This document shows, piece by piece, positions 61,795 through 64,000 of a stretch of 64,000 nt of DNA. Each line of letters begins with the position of its first letter. Position 1 is the stretch's first letter. The notes below the pieces were generated by a model that saw only the letters and a list, made by a program, of their open reading frames with translations, did not search any database and was not told the DNA's origin. The translations under genes and the position numbers were made by a program. This stretch comes from an uncultured virus (IMG/VR IMGVR_UViG_3300044950_001783) (taxonomy: Duplodnaviria > Heunggongvirae > Uroviricota > Caudoviricetes): IMG/VR virus record IMGVR_UViG_3300044950_001783, one strand, 5' to 3'.

Positions 61795-62525
61795 TGGGTT
61801 CTCCAACAACGGTTAGCCCAGGCGCACATGCGGCATTCGACGTGCGATGGTTCGGTGGTCATGCGAGGGAGTTGGTCGCCAGCCTCTGTGGCGGAGATCA
61901 CCTTCACCGCCCGGTCCGACATGCGTTGCGCCAGGGCGGCATCGAATGGAACACGCTCGGCGTAGATCTCCATCGTGTCGGCGTTTACCGCAGTGAATAG
62001 GGCCGGGTGCTTGTAAAGTTCGAGATAGGCCTGGTAGATCGCCACCTGGGCGGCGTACACGGGTTTGGAAACGGCGAGATGCCGCTTCTCCAGATCGCGC
62101 CAGGATTTGCCACCGAGGCACTTTGACTCCCAAAGCGCCGGGTAGGCGAAGCCCTCCGGGCCGCCGACGATCACGCCATCGATATGCCCCTGCAGCCGGC
62201 CATCGAGCAGGCTGAAGCCGAACTGCTGGCCATCCCGGCCATGGGTGCGCAGGTCGAACCCAGCCAGACGCAGCCAGTTCACCATCTGCGCTTCGTTGTC
62301 GTGACCACGCTCGAAGATTCGCAGGATGCGCCCGGAGAATTCCTTGCCTGGATCCACCGGCGCGGCGGCGTACTCGAACTGCAGGGCGCGCTCGCAGGCC
62401 ACCCCGAGCCGCGAGGCCCCGAGGTAGGCGCGGCGCTCCTGCTGCCGGGCCTTTGCCTGCATGCCGGCATCGACCAAGGCGGTGATCTGGCCGGAGAGGG
62501 AGGAAGTGGAATTGAAGTCGAGCAT
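61791..62525 (-). CDS. PD-(D/E)XK exonuclease (Cas4-like, four Cys)
   Basis: YLGASRLGVACER, GHIDG, WESK, QVAIYQ, CRMCAWANRC. Confidence 0.8.
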   Translation of the reverse strand: MLDFNSTSSLSGQITALVDAGMQAKARQQERRAYLGASRLGVACERALQFEYAAAPVDPGKEFSGRILRIFERGHDNEAQMVNWLRLAGFDLRTHGRDGQQFGFSLLDGRLQGHIDGVIVGGPEGFAYPALWESKCLGGKSWRDLEKRHLAVSKPVYAAQVAIYQAYLELYKHPALFTAVNADTMEIYAERVPFDAALAQRMSDRAVKVISATEAGDQLPRMTTEPSHVECRMCAWANRCWRTQ

Positions 62526-62932
62526 CAGGCTGTCCTCCCTACAGGCCGAACGGGTGCGGACAGCGCCTGCTCATGGGTGGCGACCATGGCCTCGGTCCAG
62601 GCCGTGACGATGGCGTTGACCACCGCCAGGGCCTCGGCCTCGCTGTAGTGGCCCAGGGGCTTGTCAAAGCCGATCTCGGCGGCCGCCTCGCCGAATGGGC
62701 GCAGGCAGGCCCGCATGGCGGCAAGTTCCATCTCGGTCGGATCAATCATGAACACTTCCTCCAGTTCGGGGTCCTTGTCTTTCCAGGATCCATAGAGGGC
62801 ATGGAAGGCGGCCTGACACCGGCGCGAGCAGAAGACCCAGTTGCGCGGAACGGAGCGGAGATCGCTGGGCCGGTAACGGGTGTCCATGTGCCCGAACCCG
62901 AAGGTTTGTCGTGTGCAGATGAGGCATTTCAC
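62525..62932 (-). CDS. Zn-finger / DUF6511-like phage protein
   Basis: CLIC...FCSRRCQ; MIDPTEMELAAM. Confidence 0.7.
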   Translation of the reverse strand: MKCLICTRQTFGFGHMDTRYRPSDLRSVPRNWVFCSRRCQAAFHALYGSWKDKDPELEEVFMIDPTEMELAAMRACLRPFGEAAAEIGFDKPLGHYSEAEALAVVNAIVTAWTEAMVATHEQALSAPVRPVGRTA

Positions 62933-64000
62933 GCCACCTCCTGCATCAGGACCGCGTCGTTGGCAGAGTGGCTGGCTTGCTCACCGGCGCGCAGCACCAA
63001 CTGCTGGATCGCACGCTTGTTGAACTGGAAGGTCAACAAGACCGAGGCCTGGTAGCGGGTTAGACCGAAATCTGCTCGCTTTTCGGGGGGCAGATAGTTG
63101 AGTTGCTTCTCCGTGGCCGGCTCGTTGATCCAACGGCGCGTCTTATGCGCGGAGCCCTCCGACTCGTGGTCGTTGAGCCAGTCGTCGGCCTTGGCCAGGC
63201 ACACCGTGCGCTCCCCGATGGCCAGGAGGTGGGGGCGGCTTTCCTTGGCCCCGCCCACGGCATACCAGCGACCCGCAAGGAAATAGACGCCGCCCCAGGC
63301 ACTGAAGCCGGTGGCCATCATGGTGTCGTCGTTCCCGAACAGATCAATCCAGCGGAAGTTCGAGCGCTTGAGCAGGTCGATCTCGCTCATTACGAAGTTG
63401 GTCAGTGCCTCCACGGCGCGCACTTCGCGTTCCCAGACATGACCACACAATGGACATTCCATGACGGCGAGCGGGACGATGGCCCCGCAGTCCGGGCAGT
63501 CCTTGGTCGGTGCCTCACCCTCCGTCAGGTGGCCGTCGAGGTTAACCTCCTGCTCCAGCGAGCCATGCATCAGGCTGGCCGTACCAAAGTCCAGGACGAT
63601 ACAGTCGGCCTTGATGACGCCGGGGAATTCCTCAGGGTCGATGGTGCGCAGTCCGCGACCGACCATCTGGATGAAGGTGGACTTGTAGGAACTGGGGCGC
63701 AGCAGCACTACACAACTGGTCGGCGGGTAATCGTAGCCCTCCGTGAGCACGGCCACGTTGACCACAACCCTGGCCTGGCCCCGTTCATAGTCGGCCAGAC
63801 GTGCGCGGCGCTCGGTATCGGCCAACTCGCCATGGATCAGCACGGTGGGAATGCCCGCCGCGTTGAAGGCCTGGCAGACGCTGTCGGCGTGCGCCACTGT
63901 TGAGCAGAACACGATGGTCTTGCGGTCGCCGGCCTTTTCCCGCCACCGGGCGATCACCGCGTCGGTGATCAACTGCTTGTTCAGGATGGCCGCCACCTCG
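62929..64000 (-). CDS. Superfamily 2 (DEAD/DEAH) helicase, 3' part
   Basis: IVFCSTVAHA, LTEGYD, QMVGRGLR, CPDC...CPLC; runs off the window edge. Confidence 0.9.
   Translation of the reverse strand, partial: EVAAILNKQLITDAVIARWREKAGDRKTIVFCSTVAHADSVCQAFNAAGIPTVLIHGELADTERRARLADYERGQARVVVNVAVLTEGYDYPPTSCVVLLRPSSYKSTFIQMVGRGLRTIDPEEFPGVIKADCIVLDFGTASLMHGSLEQEVNLDGHLTEGEAPTKDCPDCGAIVPLAVMECPLCGHVWEREVRAVEALTNFVMSEIDLLKRSNFRWIDLFGNDDTMMATGFSAWGGVYFLAGRWYAVGGAKESRPHLLAIGERTVCLAKADDWLNDHESEGSAHKTRRWINEPATEKQLNYLPPEKRADFGLTRYQASVLLTFQFNKRAIQQLVLRAGEQASHSANDAVLMQEVA

Noticed and set aside
61791..62525. cas4 of a CRISPR system
   Set aside because: A stand-alone phage exonuclease in the replication operon, with no other cas genes.

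Overview
The window starts in host DNA, with the 5' part of djlA on the minus strand (1-437). After a short non-coding junction (about 770-1200) it appears to be one large integrated element that runs off the right edge. From 28.2 to 64 kb it is a lambda-like, long-tailed prophage on the minus strand: helicase, exonuclease and primase-helicase genes, a lambda-like cos site, two ParB-methyltransferases, terminase, portal, S49 protease, capsid, tail and lysozyme. No integrase or repressor is in view. From 1.2 to 28.2 kb it is a cargo block arranged around a CapW/BrxR-type WYL regulator. The rightward arm is a nearly gapless defence operon: a SNF2/DUF1156/DUF499 restriction-like system with a Septu-type ATPase/HNH pair nested inside it, then Thoeris type I with two TIR genes. 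The leftward arm is an 8-gene operon I do not recognise as any catalogued system. It encodes a GrpE-like protein, an atypical 830-aa Hsp70, an AAA+ ATPase, a J-like protein lacking HPD, two hypotheticals, and two paralogous single-pass membrane proteins with 47-aa Cx14C repeats, one with a peptidoglycan-binding domain. This is the best candidate for an undescribed system. The second standout is an array of six small-gene cassettes inside the prophage, each headed by the invariant motif GCTTGGCTT-N9-ACAGCGCGTTCAT. All family assignments come from recognising motifs by eye; no searches were run.
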